From Cyanobacteriota bacterium (GTDB lineage: Bacteria; Cyanobacteriota; Cyanobacteriia; Cyanobacteriales; Nostocaceae), in NCBI GenBank assembly GCA_046045965.1, contig JBJOKS010000011.1, forward strand, positions 32,001 through 96,000: a stretch of DNA of 64,000 bases. Reading direction: 5' to 3'. This document shows, one piece after another, positions 1-9,392 of the stretch (its first letter is position 1; every line of letters begins with the position of its first letter). The position numbers were made by a program, and so were the translations under genes. The notes under the pieces are model-generated. The model was not told the DNA's origin. It was given only the letters and a program-made list of their open reading frames with translations, and did not search any database.

Positions 1-1822
1 TTTTAGCTAAAAAGTTATTACATTCAGGACATTTGGTTTTTGAAGTTTCATATTTACGCTCAACTTTACCATTACTTTTAGCTGTAGTTGATGAATTAAC
101 AACCACAGTTTTAGCTTGAGAAAGTGCAGGGACAAAATAGTTTTGATTCCAAGTCGTTAAATAATGTTGCCAAGAGTTTTTTCCTTCAGAAATTGCATCT
201 AGTGCATCCTCCATTTTAGCAGTGAATTCCGCTTCTAATAAATCTGGTAAAGCTTTTTGTAAAAACTCATCAACTTCCAAACCCAAAGTTGTAGGTTGAA
301 GATTGTCTTTTTTTAACTCCACATAATTGCGTTTCTTTAAAGTAGCAACTGTAGGCGCGTAGGTACTAGGACGACCAATACCTTTTCTTTCCATCAATTG
401 TACTAGTTTTGGTTCACTGTAACGCGGTGGTGGTTGGGTTTGTTTCTTCTCATGTCCGGCTTTTTCTAAAGTTAGTATTTGTCCCTGTTGTACAACAGGT
501 AAAACCGCATCTTTGCTAAGATTCAGCCAATATTTTGCATAACCGTAAAATTCGATTACTTGCCCTCTAGCTTGCCATAAAATATTACCTGATTTCGTAA
601 TTATCAGAGTTTTACGAAGTTGAGCAGGACGACATTGAGAGCTGATCGCTCTTTTCCAAATCATCACATACAGGTTAAACTCATCTTCAGGTAATTCTGC
701 CCGTAATTGCACTGAAGGACGAAAAACATCTGTAGGACGAATAGCTTCATGTGCTTCCTGCGCTGTTTTATTACTGCGATGCTTGGCTACTTGCTGAGGG
801 ACATTTTGCGGATCATTTTGTTCCAACCACTTACGCGCACTAGCACAAAATTCAGGACTTAACATCACTGAATCAGTTCGCATATATGTAATTAACCCTG
901 CTTCATATAAATTCTGTGCTACCTGCATGGTTTTGTCGGGAGTAAATTTCAACTTTGAACCCGCTGCTTGTTGGAGGGTGGAGGTGGTAAATGGTGGAGG
1001 GGGTTGACGATAAACGAGTTTCCCTTCTACGTGAATAACCTGATGCGGATGAAGTTTTGCTTCCTCAACTAATCTTGTTGCTTCTGCTTCCGAGAGAACA
1101 CGCTTAGATTCGGGTTTTTCTGGGTTATTACCAGCTGCATCATCGTGAGTTTCTGTTTCTGCTTCTGCTGTTTCTGTGAGAGTATTGGCTGTACCTTTGT
1201 AAAAAGCCCGAAATCCTTCTTTATAGTCAACCCAAACACTCCAATAATCTTGGGGGACAAAAACCTGAATTTCTCTTTCGCGCTGACAAATTAGGTGTAA
1301 TGTGGCGCTTTGGACTCTACCTACGCTTTTTGCCCCGTTATTTAATGCCCAAACTAGGGGACTACCTTTGTAACCTACTAGCTTATCAAGACAATCTCGA
1401 CATAATCCTGCACCGATTAAATTGGTGTCAAGTTTTCGGGGATGAGCGATCGCATTTTTGACCGCAGATGGTGTAATCTCTGTATAAACTACTCGCTTGG
1501 GTTCTCTCAATCCTAAAGTTTCTTTAAGATGCCAAGCAATGGTTTCTCCCTCTCTGTCTGGGTCTGTTGCTAAAACAACTTCATCAACTTGTTTGACAGC
1601 CGCTTTGAGTTGTTGAATTGTTTCCTTAGCCCGTTGATCACGGGGGATATAATTACAGCGTACACTATTACCATCCATCGTGAATCCTAGTGAATCTTCA
1701 CCCTCATTACTGAGTTCGCGGATATGTCCACAACTAGCGCGAACAATCCAATCTGCACCGAGAATTTGACTCAGCTTTTTGACTTTTCCGGGAGATTCAA
1801 CCACTAGGAGACGTTTGGGCAT
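1..1822 (-). CDS. topA: Type IA DNA topoisomerase (3' end runs off the window; absent from the ORF track)
   Basis: Manual translation from ATG at 1822: MPKRLLVVESPGKVKK (TOPRIM), ASCGHIREL, LATDPDREGETIAWHL, SVGRVQS, PPPPFTTSTLQQ, catalytic LITYMRTDS, QEAHEAIRPT, GIGRPSTYA. Confidence 0.93.
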   Translation of the reverse strand, partial: MPKRLLVVESPGKVKKLSQILGADWIVRASCGHIRELSNEGEDSLGFTMDGNSVRCNYIPRDQRAKETIQQLKAAVKQVDEVVLATDPDREGETIAWHLKETLGLREPKRVVYTEITPSAVKNAIAHPRKLDTNLIGAGLCRDCLDKLVGYKGSPLVWALNNGAKSVGRVQSATLHLICQREREIQVFVPQDYWSVWVDYKEGFRAFYKGTANTLTETAEAETETHDDAAGNNPEKPESKRVLSEAEATRLVEEAKLHPHQVIHVEGKLVYRQPPPPFTTSTLQQAAGSKLKFTPDKTMQVAQNLYEAGLITYMRTDSVMLSPEFCASARKWLEQNDPQNVPQQVAKHRSNKTAQEAHEAIRPTDVFRPSVQLRAELPEDEFNLYVMIWKRAISSQCRPAQLRKTLIITKSGNILWQARGQVIEFYGYAKYWLNLSKDAVLPVVQQGQILTLEKAGHEKKQTQPPPRYSEPKLVQLMERKGIGRPSTYAPTVATLKKRNYVELKKDNLQPTTLGLEVDEFLQKALPDLLEAEFTAKMEDALDAISEGKNSWQHYLTTWNQNYFVPALSQAKTVVVNSSTTAKSNGKVERKYETSKTKCPECNNFLAK

Positions 1823-1910
1823 GGCACTTGTGTTTTAGATACTTTAATATAGGAATTTTAAAGTAAATGAGAAGATTTTTCCAAGAAGTTGAGAAATACT
1901 GGAGAGAATC

Positions 1911-2024
1911 ATGAAAATCACCTAAGACGCAGAAATTGATGTTTTAAGAATTATATTCAGCAATGTGCCAATTGAAGCAAGTGATGAACAAAAACCAGGA
2001 ATCATTTGAGATTATATTGATAAA
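1911..2024 (+). pseudogene. Degraded DUF2283-like small protein
   Basis: Reads MKIT*DAEIDVLRIIFSNVPIEASDEQKPGII*DYIDK with stops at 1923-1925 and 2007-2009; resembles the DUF2283 pattern MKxTYDxExDVLRI...PGIILDYD; cut off by a repeat element. Confidence 0.7.
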
Positions 2025-2027
2025 ATC

Positions 2028-2070
2028 ATCCTGTACATCCTTAAATCCTGGGTATCCTGATTCAGACAAC
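2028..2070 (+). repeat. Dispersed ATCCTG-type repeat element
   Basis: ATCCTGTACATCCTTAAATCCTGGGTATCCTGATTCAGACAA; related copies near 54161-54204 (rc), 54746-54781 (rc) and 54991-55056. Confidence 0.75.
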
Positions 2071-2073
2071 AAA

Positions 2074-3570
2074 ATGATATATCTCCAATTAGAAAATATT
2101 ACTAAATGTTTTGGTTCATTTGTCGCTAATGACAATATTAATCTAACTGTAGAAACTGGTAAAATTCATGGAATTTTGGGAGAAAATGGTGCAGGTAAAA
2201 CCACATTAATGAATATTATTAGCGGTTTTTATCAACCAGATTCAGGAAATATTTATTTAGACAATAAACCAGTAAAAATTAATTCTCCCCGTGAAGCAAT
2301 TAAATTAGGTATTGGTATGATTTATCAACATTTCATGCTTGTACCTCAATTAACAGTTACAGAAAATATTATTTTAGGAACTGAAACAAAATGGCGTTTA
2401 AATCTTCAAAAGAAACAAAAAGAAATTACTAATTTATCTCAACTATATCAATTAGAAATTGACCCCAACGCTAAAATTGAAGATTTACCAGTGGGAACAC
2501 AACAACGAGTAGAAATTCTCAAAGTCCTTTACAGAGGAGCAAAATTATTAATTCTTGATGAACCTACCGCAGTTTTAACACCTCAGCAGGTAATATCATT
2601 AATTACTATTTTGCGTCAACTTGCTAATAACGGAAATACGATTATTTTTATTAGTCATAAATTAGAAGAAGTGATGAATTTATGTGATAGTGTCACGGTT
2701 TTACGTCGGGGTAAAGTCGTCGCTACAATAAATACTAAAAATACCACATCTCAAGAATTAGCAAAATTAATGGTAGGACGAGAAGTAGTTTTAAATTTGC
2801 AGAAATTTCCAGCATATTTAGGAAAATTATTGTTATCAGTAGAGAATTTACAAGTTGCAGATGATAGAGGTGTGAATGCTGTTAAAAATGTCTCTTTTCA
2901 ATTGCGAGAAGGGGAAATTTTAGGAATTGCTGGAGTAGATGGAAATGGACAGCGAGAATTAGCAGATGCGATTGCAGGTTTGCGAAATATTCAACAAGGT
3001 AAAATTGGATATAACTCCGAAATTAATCAGGATATAAAAATTGGTTATATTCCCGAAGATAGGCAAACAATGGGATTAGTATTACAATTTAATATTGGTG
3101 AAAACTTGATTTTAAAGACTTTTAGAAAAGTACCATTTTCTCGGCATTTTTTATTACAAAAACAAACAATTAAAAATAATGCAGAATTAGCAATGCAAGG
3201 GTTTGATATTAGAACTAATTTTGAAGATGTTCAGGTAAGTCAACTATCAGGAGGAAATCAACAAAAGGTAGTTTTAGCACGAGAATTAGCAGGAGAACCG
3301 AGTTTAATTATTGCTATGCAACCTACGAGGGGTTTAGATATAGGTGCGACAGAAGTAGTACATACAAAACTGTTAGCAGAAAGGGAACGAGGGGCAGCTA
3401 TTTTATATATTTCCACCGAGTTAGAGGAAGTGATGGCCATAAGCGATCGCATTGCGGTAATGTATAAAGGTGAATTTATTGATATTTTGGATGCACAAAC
3501 AGCAACTATTGAGGAAATTGGTTTGTTAATGGGTGGAGGAATAAATAAATCATCAAAAAGACGTTTATAA
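2074..3570 (+). CDS. ABC transporter ATP-binding protein, nucleoside/sugar (YufO/NupA-like, two ABC domains)
   Basis: GENGAGKTT Walker A, LILDEPT, ISHKL, LSGGNQQK, QPTRGLD; start reassigned to MIYLQLENITK at 2074. Confidence 0.9.
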   Translation: MIYLQLENITKCFGSFVANDNINLTVETGKIHGILGENGAGKTTLMNIISGFYQPDSGNIYLDNKPVKINSPREAIKLGIGMIYQHFMLVPQLTVTENIILGTETKWRLNLQKKQKEITNLSQLYQLEIDPNAKIEDLPVGTQQRVEILKVLYRGAKLLILDEPTAVLTPQQVISLITILRQLANNGNTIIFISHKLEEVMNLCDSVTVLRRGKVVATINTKNTTSQELAKLMVGREVVLNLQKFPAYLGKLLLSVENLQVADDRGVNAVKNVSFQLREGEILGIAGVDGNGQRELADAIAGLRNIQQGKIGYNSEINQDIKIGYIPEDRQTMGLVLQFNIGENLILKTFRKVPFSRHFLLQKQTIKNNAELAMQGFDIRTNFEDVQVSQLSGGNQQKVVLARELAGEPSLIIAMQPTRGLDIGATEVVHTKLLAERERGAAILYISTELEEVMAISDRIAVMYKGEFIDILDAQTATIEEIGLLMGGGINKSSKRRL

Positions 3571-3580
3571 ATAAAAATTT

Positions 3581-3928
3581 TTATAAACCTAAACAATAGC
3601 GAGTAGTTTTTTCAACTAATAACATTGCTTCTTTAGATAACCTACCTGCCGGATTTTCTGGAAAGCGTGTTGGATCAAGAGAACGAATTTGAAAACACAA
3701 AAATACGGTTTCTAAAATTAGACCACTTTCCGCAGGAAAAACTCTGACATTTGTGGGATAATCACGAGGTATATTAGCACCTTTAGTACCAACAACTACA
3801 GTTACAACCAGGGGAAGATTATTAATTGCATCAATGGAAAGTACAAGTACAGGGCGTTCTCCAGCCTGTTCTCTACCTTTAACTGGATTGAGGTTGAGAA
3901 AATATATTTCTCCACGTTGAATACTCAT
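3581..3928 (-). CDS. mazF: Type II TA toxin, PemK/MazF family endoribonuclease
   Basis: IQRGEIYFLNLNPVKGREQAGERPVLVLS...FQIRSLDPTR motif set, 115 aa. Confidence 0.9.
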   Translation of the reverse strand: MSIQRGEIYFLNLNPVKGREQAGERPVLVLSIDAINNLPLVVTVVVGTKGANIPRDYPTNVRVFPAESGLILETVFLCFQIRSLDPTRFPENPAGRLSKEAMLLVEKTTRYCLGL

Positions 3929-4212
3929 TATTCTTGTTCCTCTAACCCATCCATTTCTGTATAAGCAAACTCTTGATTAATAGCTACTAATTCCTCTTGA
4001 ATCGCTGGATCATTTGCCATTGCTGATAATTGTTTTTCCATACTTTCTGGTGTTAATGATGAAATATTATTAACTGCAATATGTGAAAATTCTTTTAAGG
4101 TTTTAAGTCTCATGTTATGGACAATTCTCTCAATTAACCATAACTGTTCTTCACGCGATAGGAGATTAATTGATTGTTCAATTTGTATTAGGTGTTCAGA
4201 TAAATTATTCAT
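3928..4212 (-). CDS. Putative antitoxin partner of the PemK/MazF toxin
   Basis: 94 aa with acidic C-terminus; its stop overlaps the toxin start by 1 nt; antitoxin-toxin gene order. Confidence 0.7.
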   Translation of the reverse strand: MNNLSEHLIQIEQSINLLSREEQLWLIERIVHNMRLKTLKEFSHIAVNNISSLTPESMEKQLSAMANDPAIQEELVAINQEFAYTEMDGLEEQE

Positions 4213-4241
4213 AAGATTCTACTCATTAAACTCATTATATT

Positions 4242-5285
4242 ATGACGAAAAATCATAAACTAATCCGCCTACTAACAATTATATCACCATTAATTGCCAT
4301 CGCCTTTGCTCTTTTTGCTGGTGCAATTCTCATTTTACTTGCTGGTGCTAATCCCATTGTTGCATATACCGCTTTATTTCAAGAATCCCTTTCTACTTAT
4401 TTTGGGTTTGGTAACACTCTCACCAAAATGACTCCTTTATTATTTACAAGTTTAGGTGTTGTGGTGGCTTTACGTGCTGGGCAATTTAATATTGGTGGGG
4501 AAGGACAAATTTATTTAGGTGCTTTAGGAAGTAGTTTAATAGGTTTATATATTCAAGGAATTCCGGCATTTATTCATATTCCTTTAGCCTTATTTTGCGG
4601 ATTTCTTTTTGGTGCATTTTGGGGTTTAATTCCTGGTTATTTGAAAGCTATAAAAGGAGTAAATGAAGTAATTACAACTTTGCTATTAAATTACATTGCG
4701 GTGAATTTAATTAGCTATTTAGTACAAAATCCTTTAAAAGCACCAGCAGCACCTAGTCCTTATTCTCCACTAATTGCCAAGTCTGCTAAATTACCAATTA
4801 TTTTACCCGAAAGTCTTGCCCATGCCGGAATTTTATTAGCATTAATTACGGCGATAATTTTAGGGATTTTATTAGTAAAATCGACTTTAGGATACCAAAT
4901 AAATGCCGTCGGATTTAACCCTGTAGCCGCCCGTTACGCCAAAATTTCCGTAGAACGTACTATTATGTTAGTTATGAGTTTAGCGGGTGGTTTAGCAGGT
5001 TTAGCAGGTGCTTGTGAGGTTATGGGTTTGAAATATCGGCTATTTGAACAAGTATCACCTGGTTATGGATTTGATGCGATCGCGATCGCTTTTTTAAGTC
5101 GTGGTAATGTCTTTGGTATAGTGCTAACTTCTCTGTTTTTTGCCGCTTTGCGTAGTGGTGCAAATGTCATGCAACGCAGCGCCGGTGTACCCTCAACTAT
5201 AGTTTATGCTATTCAAGGTTTAACAGTATTATTTATTGCGATCGCTTTAGCTTTAGAATATCGGGTAAAAGAAATTAAAAATTGA
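4242..5285 (+). CDS. ABC transporter permease (YufP/NupB-like)
   Basis: Multi-TM; GQFNIGGEGQ, NEVITTLLLNYIA, GYGFDAIAIA. Confidence 0.9.
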   Translation: MTKNHKLIRLLTIISPLIAIAFALFAGAILILLAGANPIVAYTALFQESLSTYFGFGNTLTKMTPLLFTSLGVVVALRAGQFNIGGEGQIYLGALGSSLIGLYIQGIPAFIHIPLALFCGFLFGAFWGLIPGYLKAIKGVNEVITTLLLNYIAVNLISYLVQNPLKAPAAPSPYSPLIAKSAKLPIILPESLAHAGILLALITAIILGILLVKSTLGYQINAVGFNPVAARYAKISVERTIMLVMSLAGGLAGLAGACEVMGLKYRLFEQVSPGYGFDAIAIAFLSRGNVFGIVLTSLFFAALRSGANVMQRSAGVPSTIVYAIQGLTVLFIAIALALEYRVKEIKN

Positions 5286-5306
5286 CAATTAACAATTAAA
5301 ACAATT

Positions 5307-6236
5307 GTGAATAACCTTAACTTTTTTTCAGATTATCTAGTTGCTAGTTTACATCTTTCTGTACCTCTAGCATTTGCCGCATTAGGAGGATTATACTCAG
5401 AACGTTCAGGAGTTTTAAATATTGCCTTAGAGGGAATGTTATTAACAGGCGCTTTTACCAGTGCAGCCACAACATTATACACGAATAATCCTTGGTTGGG
5501 TATTTTTGCTGCTGTAATTGCTGGAGGTTTAGTAGGTTTACTTCATGCTTTTTTATCTGTAACTTTGCGAGTAGATCAATTAGTTTCTGGTTTAGCTATT
5601 AATTTAGTAGCATCGGGAATAACATCATTTTTAGCCAGGTTAATATTTAATGGTAGTACCCAAAGATTACCAGGAATTGAAGCGATTATAATTCCCGGTT
5701 TATCCCAAATTCCTATTATTGGCAGTTTACTATTTCAACAAGATATTTTTGTTTATTTATTATTATTACTAATTATTTTAACTAGATATATCTTGTTTTC
5801 TACTAACTTTGGTTTAACCTTACGTGCTGTGGGAGAATATCCTCCAGCAGTAGATACCGCAGGTTTATCTGTGTCATCAGTGCGTTACTATGCGGTGATT
5901 ATTAGTGGATGTTTAGCGAGTTTGGGAGGTGCTTATCTCACAAGCGTGCAAATCAGATTTTTTGCCGAAGGAATGAGTGCAGGAAAAGGTTTTATTGCCA
6001 TTGCAGCGTTAATATTTGGTAAATGGCATCCCGTCGGTTGTGCGTTAGCTTCCTTGCTATTTGGTGCTACAGAAGCTTTACAACTGCGAATTCAAGCTTT
6101 AAGTGTGAATATTCCCTATCAATTCTTATTAATGTTGCCCTATCTAATTGCTATTTTAGCATTAGTAGGATTAGCCGGAAAATCTACACCACCAAAAGCT
6201 TTAGGTATTCATTATACTAAAAATGATAGGCAATAA
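5307..6236 (+). CDS. ABC transporter permease (YufQ/NupC-like)
   Basis: SERSGVLNIALEG, GLTLRAVGE, GKGFIAIAALIFGKWHP. Confidence 0.9.
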   Translation: MNNLNFFSDYLVASLHLSVPLAFAALGGLYSERSGVLNIALEGMLLTGAFTSAATTLYTNNPWLGIFAAVIAGGLVGLLHAFLSVTLRVDQLVSGLAINLVASGITSFLARLIFNGSTQRLPGIEAIIIPGLSQIPIIGSLLFQQDIFVYLLLLLIILTRYILFSTNFGLTLRAVGEYPPAVDTAGLSVSSVRYYAVIISGCLASLGGAYLTSVQIRFFAEGMSAGKGFIAIAALIFGKWHPVGCALASLLFGATEALQLRIQALSVNIPYQFLLMLPYLIAILALVGLAGKSTPPKALGIHYTKNDRQ

Positions 6237-6585
6237 ATACTCCTATTCTCTTCTAGAGTAATTTCATTTAGAGAATTTATTCAATTCAAAAAACTCCTCA
6301 TAAATTATTCCGGATCTATTCTTGCAAATACTCTAGAGAATGTATCATGAGATGTAATTCCATTTGGTACTTATAAAAAGTATAGGAATTAACTAAAAAA
6401 TTATCTTTAAATTGTTACCGTTAATCAGAGTTTAGTCAATGCTAATCAGTTAAGAAAGGGAAAAAGGAAAAACAAAAACCTGAACTTTTAACCTTTACCC
6501 ACATAAACTTAAAAACTACAATTTCTTAACAGAGTAGTATTGTATCTTTTCCCTAGTTATCTTACACAAATAAGGTGAAAGTATC

Positions 6586-6861
6586 ATGACAACATTTGAC
6601 GGAGTTCAAGCTGCAAATAACTCCGAATTAAATCAATCAAAAACCATTCAACAAGCAATTCTGGAAGCTATTGTTGAAGCCAGAGAAATTTGTGATCAAA
6701 ATGGTATTAATTCACCTAATTGTGCCGTAGCTTGGGATATTGTCGAAGAATTGCAAGCAGAAAAAGCCCATCAAGAACAAGCAAAAAAACGTCAAACCTC
6801 CCTAGAAAGCTACTGTGAAATGTACCCAGATGCCCTAGAGTGTTTAATATACGATCTGTAA
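6586..6861 (+). CDS. cp12: CP12 Calvin-cycle regulatory protein
   Basis: CAVAWDIVEELQA core motif plus N-terminal (C..C) and C-terminal (YCEMYPDALECLIYD) cysteine pairs. Confidence 0.9.
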   Translation: MTTFDGVQAANNSELNQSKTIQQAILEAIVEAREICDQNGINSPNCAVAWDIVEELQAEKAHQEQAKKRQTSLESYCEMYPDALECLIYDL

Positions 6862-6910
6862 ATTATTTACCCCTTTCTTCCTTTGCACCTTTGCGTCTTT
6901 GCGTGAGATA

Positions 6911-6957
6911 AAAAAAGCGATCGCACCCCCAAAAACCAGGAATGCGATCGCTTTTTT
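6911..6957. terminator. Bidirectional hairpin terminator built from two HIP1 sites, between convergent cp12 and ctaB
   Basis: AAAAAAGCGATCGCA...TGCGATCGCTTTTTT inverted repeat with A and T tails. Confidence 0.7.
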
Positions 6958-6981
6958 AGTTGCACTATTTTGTAAACTTCC

Positions 6982-7935
6982 CTAACTAAGCAAATGCAAC
7001 TGATTAAAAATTGTACTCACCAAATGATGAGTAATTGGTAAACTATCAACCACCATCCCCAAACACAACAACATCATGTAAGAGATGGAATACAAAAACA
7101 ATTCTCTAGCTACAGTTTTATCTTCTGGGTTTTGCAACAACCGCCAAGACTTATGGACAAATACCCCACCCAAAGTCAAAGCAATTACCACATAAACAAT
7201 ACCACTAGCGTGTAAAGGATAAAACAGCAGCACCGTAGCAGTTACAGTAATTACCGTGTAGTACCAAATTTGCCGTACCGTAGCTTTATCACCGGCTACC
7301 ACAGGTAACATCGGAATCCCTACTTTTGCGTAATCATCCCGAATCATCAACGCCAAAGCCCAGAAATGAGGCGGAGTCCATAAAAAGACAATGGCAAAAA
7401 TTAACCAAGCCGCCCAGCTTAAAGTGTCAGTAACTGCTGCCCAACCGACTAAAGCCGGAATAGCACCCGCAGCACCGCCAATCACAATATTTTGAGTGCT
7501 GTGACGTTTTAGCCAATGGGTATAGACCAAAACATAAAAAACGATACCGGAAAATGCTAAAAGTGCCGCCAAGAGATTGGCAAATACAGATAGGAGAGTA
7601 AAAGAACCTACAGCCAGAGCGATCGCAAAAATTAACGCATCACGGGGCTGGACTCTACCAGATGGCATAGGACGGTGGCGCGTCCGTTCCATATCATAAT
7701 CTATATCTCGGTCATAGATACAGTTGATTGTTTGGGCGCTGGCAGCAGCCAAAGTACCACCAAGCAGGGTTACTAACAATAACCAAGGGTCTACTTGCCC
7801 TTTAGCAGCAATCCACATACTACCAGCCGTTGTAATTAACAGCAACGGAATAATCCGAGGCTTGGTTAGCTGGTAATAACTTTGAATCACCTGAAAAAAT
7901 GTATCGTGGTGGCGAGAGACATTAGTCTCAATCAT
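6982..7935 (-). CDS. ctaB: Protoheme IX farnesyltransferase (heme O synthase)
   Basis: [32 protein letters not shown]; likely start MIETNV at 7935. Confidence 0.95.
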   Translation of the reverse strand: MIETNVSRHHDTFFQVIQSYYQLTKPRIIPLLLITTAGSMWIAAKGQVDPWLLLVTLLGGTLAAASAQTINCIYDRDIDYDMERTRHRPMPSGRVQPRDALIFAIALAVGSFTLLSVFANLLAALLAFSGIVFYVLVYTHWLKRHSTQNIVIGGAAGAIPALVGWAAVTDTLSWAAWLIFAIVFLWTPPHFWALALMIRDDYAKVGIPMLPVVAGDKATVRQIWYYTVITVTATVLLFYPLHASGIVYVVIALTLGGVFVHKSWRLLQNPEDKTVARELFLYSISYMMLLCLGMVVDSLPITHHLVSTIFNQLHLLS

Positions 7936-8051
7936 GTTAGCTCTACTTCCTTTCTCAGTTATCAATTATCAGTGATCAGGCAACAGGTGACAGGGAACAG
8001 GGAACAGGCGAAAGTGAAGATAATTACCAATTACCAGCCACAAATAGATAA

Positions 8052-8978
8052 CTAGCAACTTGAGTTACCAATTGTTCTGTCACGCAGTGCTAAAACCGTA
8101 AACACCACCAAAGTACCCAGCAAAGTAGCACCTACAGCTTGGTGAGTAACAGTTAGAGGTTCGACTTGTAGATGTAGTCGGAAAGTAGCAACTCCCAACA
8201 GTAGTTGTAAAATCAACAAGCTACCAGCAATATTTGCCAGTCGTCGCAACGTGGGATGCAGTGCTGGTGTACGCCAAGAGATAAATACAATGACCAAAGT
8301 AGCCACCGTTGGCGGTAGCAACCCAAAAATATGGCTGTACATCACAGCACAGAGTTGATCCCCGCCGGCAAAGCATTGATGCAAAGCCCAGCGAGAACCC
8401 ACCAAAGCACCAAGTAGACTTTGTAGGTAAACCAAAACAGCCGCAACTAAACCCACCCAAGGCAGCTTACCAGCGGTTCCAGTTCCCTGATAGGGAGTAA
8501 GTACCGTACCGATGACTAACAGGGTGATGAAAAACAAGAGTGCCGTTCCCAAATGGGCAGTCACAATATCAAACCGCAACAGTTGGGTAACAGTTAGTCC
8601 TCCCAAAACCCCTTGGAAGACAATTAAAAACAAGGCAAATGTCGAAGCCCAAGGCAACCAGTTGGGTAAAACACGACGATGCCACCAGGATAAACCGGCC
8701 AGAGCGATCGCGCTAAAACCAATCAACGCCGCATCTAATCTGTGAAACCACTCCAAGAATACTTGAAGATTCATTTGCTTGGCTGGAACCAATTCCCCAT
8801 AGCACAGCGGCCAGTCTGGGCAAGCCAGTCCAGCATTCATCACGCGGGTGGCACTGCCTATGGCCATCAAAATTAAGGTGGCTATGCAAATTTTCCACAC
8901 CAAGCGACGAATGACTTCCTTGGGGCTGTTGTGTTGGGCTGCCGCTTCATTTTGTTGTTCTAGGACAAATTCGTTCAT
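8052..8978 (-). CDS. ctaA: Heme A synthase
   Basis: GLACPDWPLC, EWFHR, QGVLGGLTV, H-containing TM helices. Confidence 0.93.
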   Translation of the reverse strand: MNEFVLEQQNEAAAQHNSPKEVIRRLVWKICIATLILMAIGSATRVMNAGLACPDWPLCYGELVPAKQMNLQVFLEWFHRLDAALIGFSAIALAGLSWWHRRVLPNWLPWASTFALFLIVFQGVLGGLTVTQLLRFDIVTAHLGTALLFFITLLVIGTVLTPYQGTGTAGKLPWVGLVAAVLVYLQSLLGALVGSRWALHQCFAGGDQLCAVMYSHIFGLLPPTVATLVIVFISWRTPALHPTLRRLANIAGSLLILQLLLGVATFRLHLQVEPLTVTHQAVGATLLGTLVVFTVLALRDRTIGNSSC

Positions 8979-9392
8979 TAACGATACCTTATCCCCGCTT
9001 GAGGTAGATTCTTAAAATTATCTATTTGATCAGTCCAGACCTATCTACACCCTAACCTATGAACTAGGGTTTCTAGATTGGCTTTCACTTATACTTTGAA
9101 TCACTACAGGCTGTTTTTACTGTAAGATTTAGGTATTTTTTAAGATGTGAATCATTAAATAATGAAAATTATTTAAAATTTCCGAAAATCTTGCTTAAAT
9201 TTTGCTTAAATTTTGGTGCTAATGATCATTTTTTCCTGGATATATCACATTCATACCTTTTACTCAAGATTGGTTAACTAATCAAAAAAATTAATAAAAA
9301 TTTCAGACATTGAGAGTCCATATCCCCAAGGCTGCACTACCTTAGTAAGTGAGTTACTTTGAGATAACGTAATCAATTCCCTTAAGTAAGCC

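Noticed and set aside
1963..2073. N-terminal extension of the ABC ATPase in the ORF track
   Set aside because: Overlaps the DUF2283 remnant and a dispersed repeat; ABC homology starts at 2074
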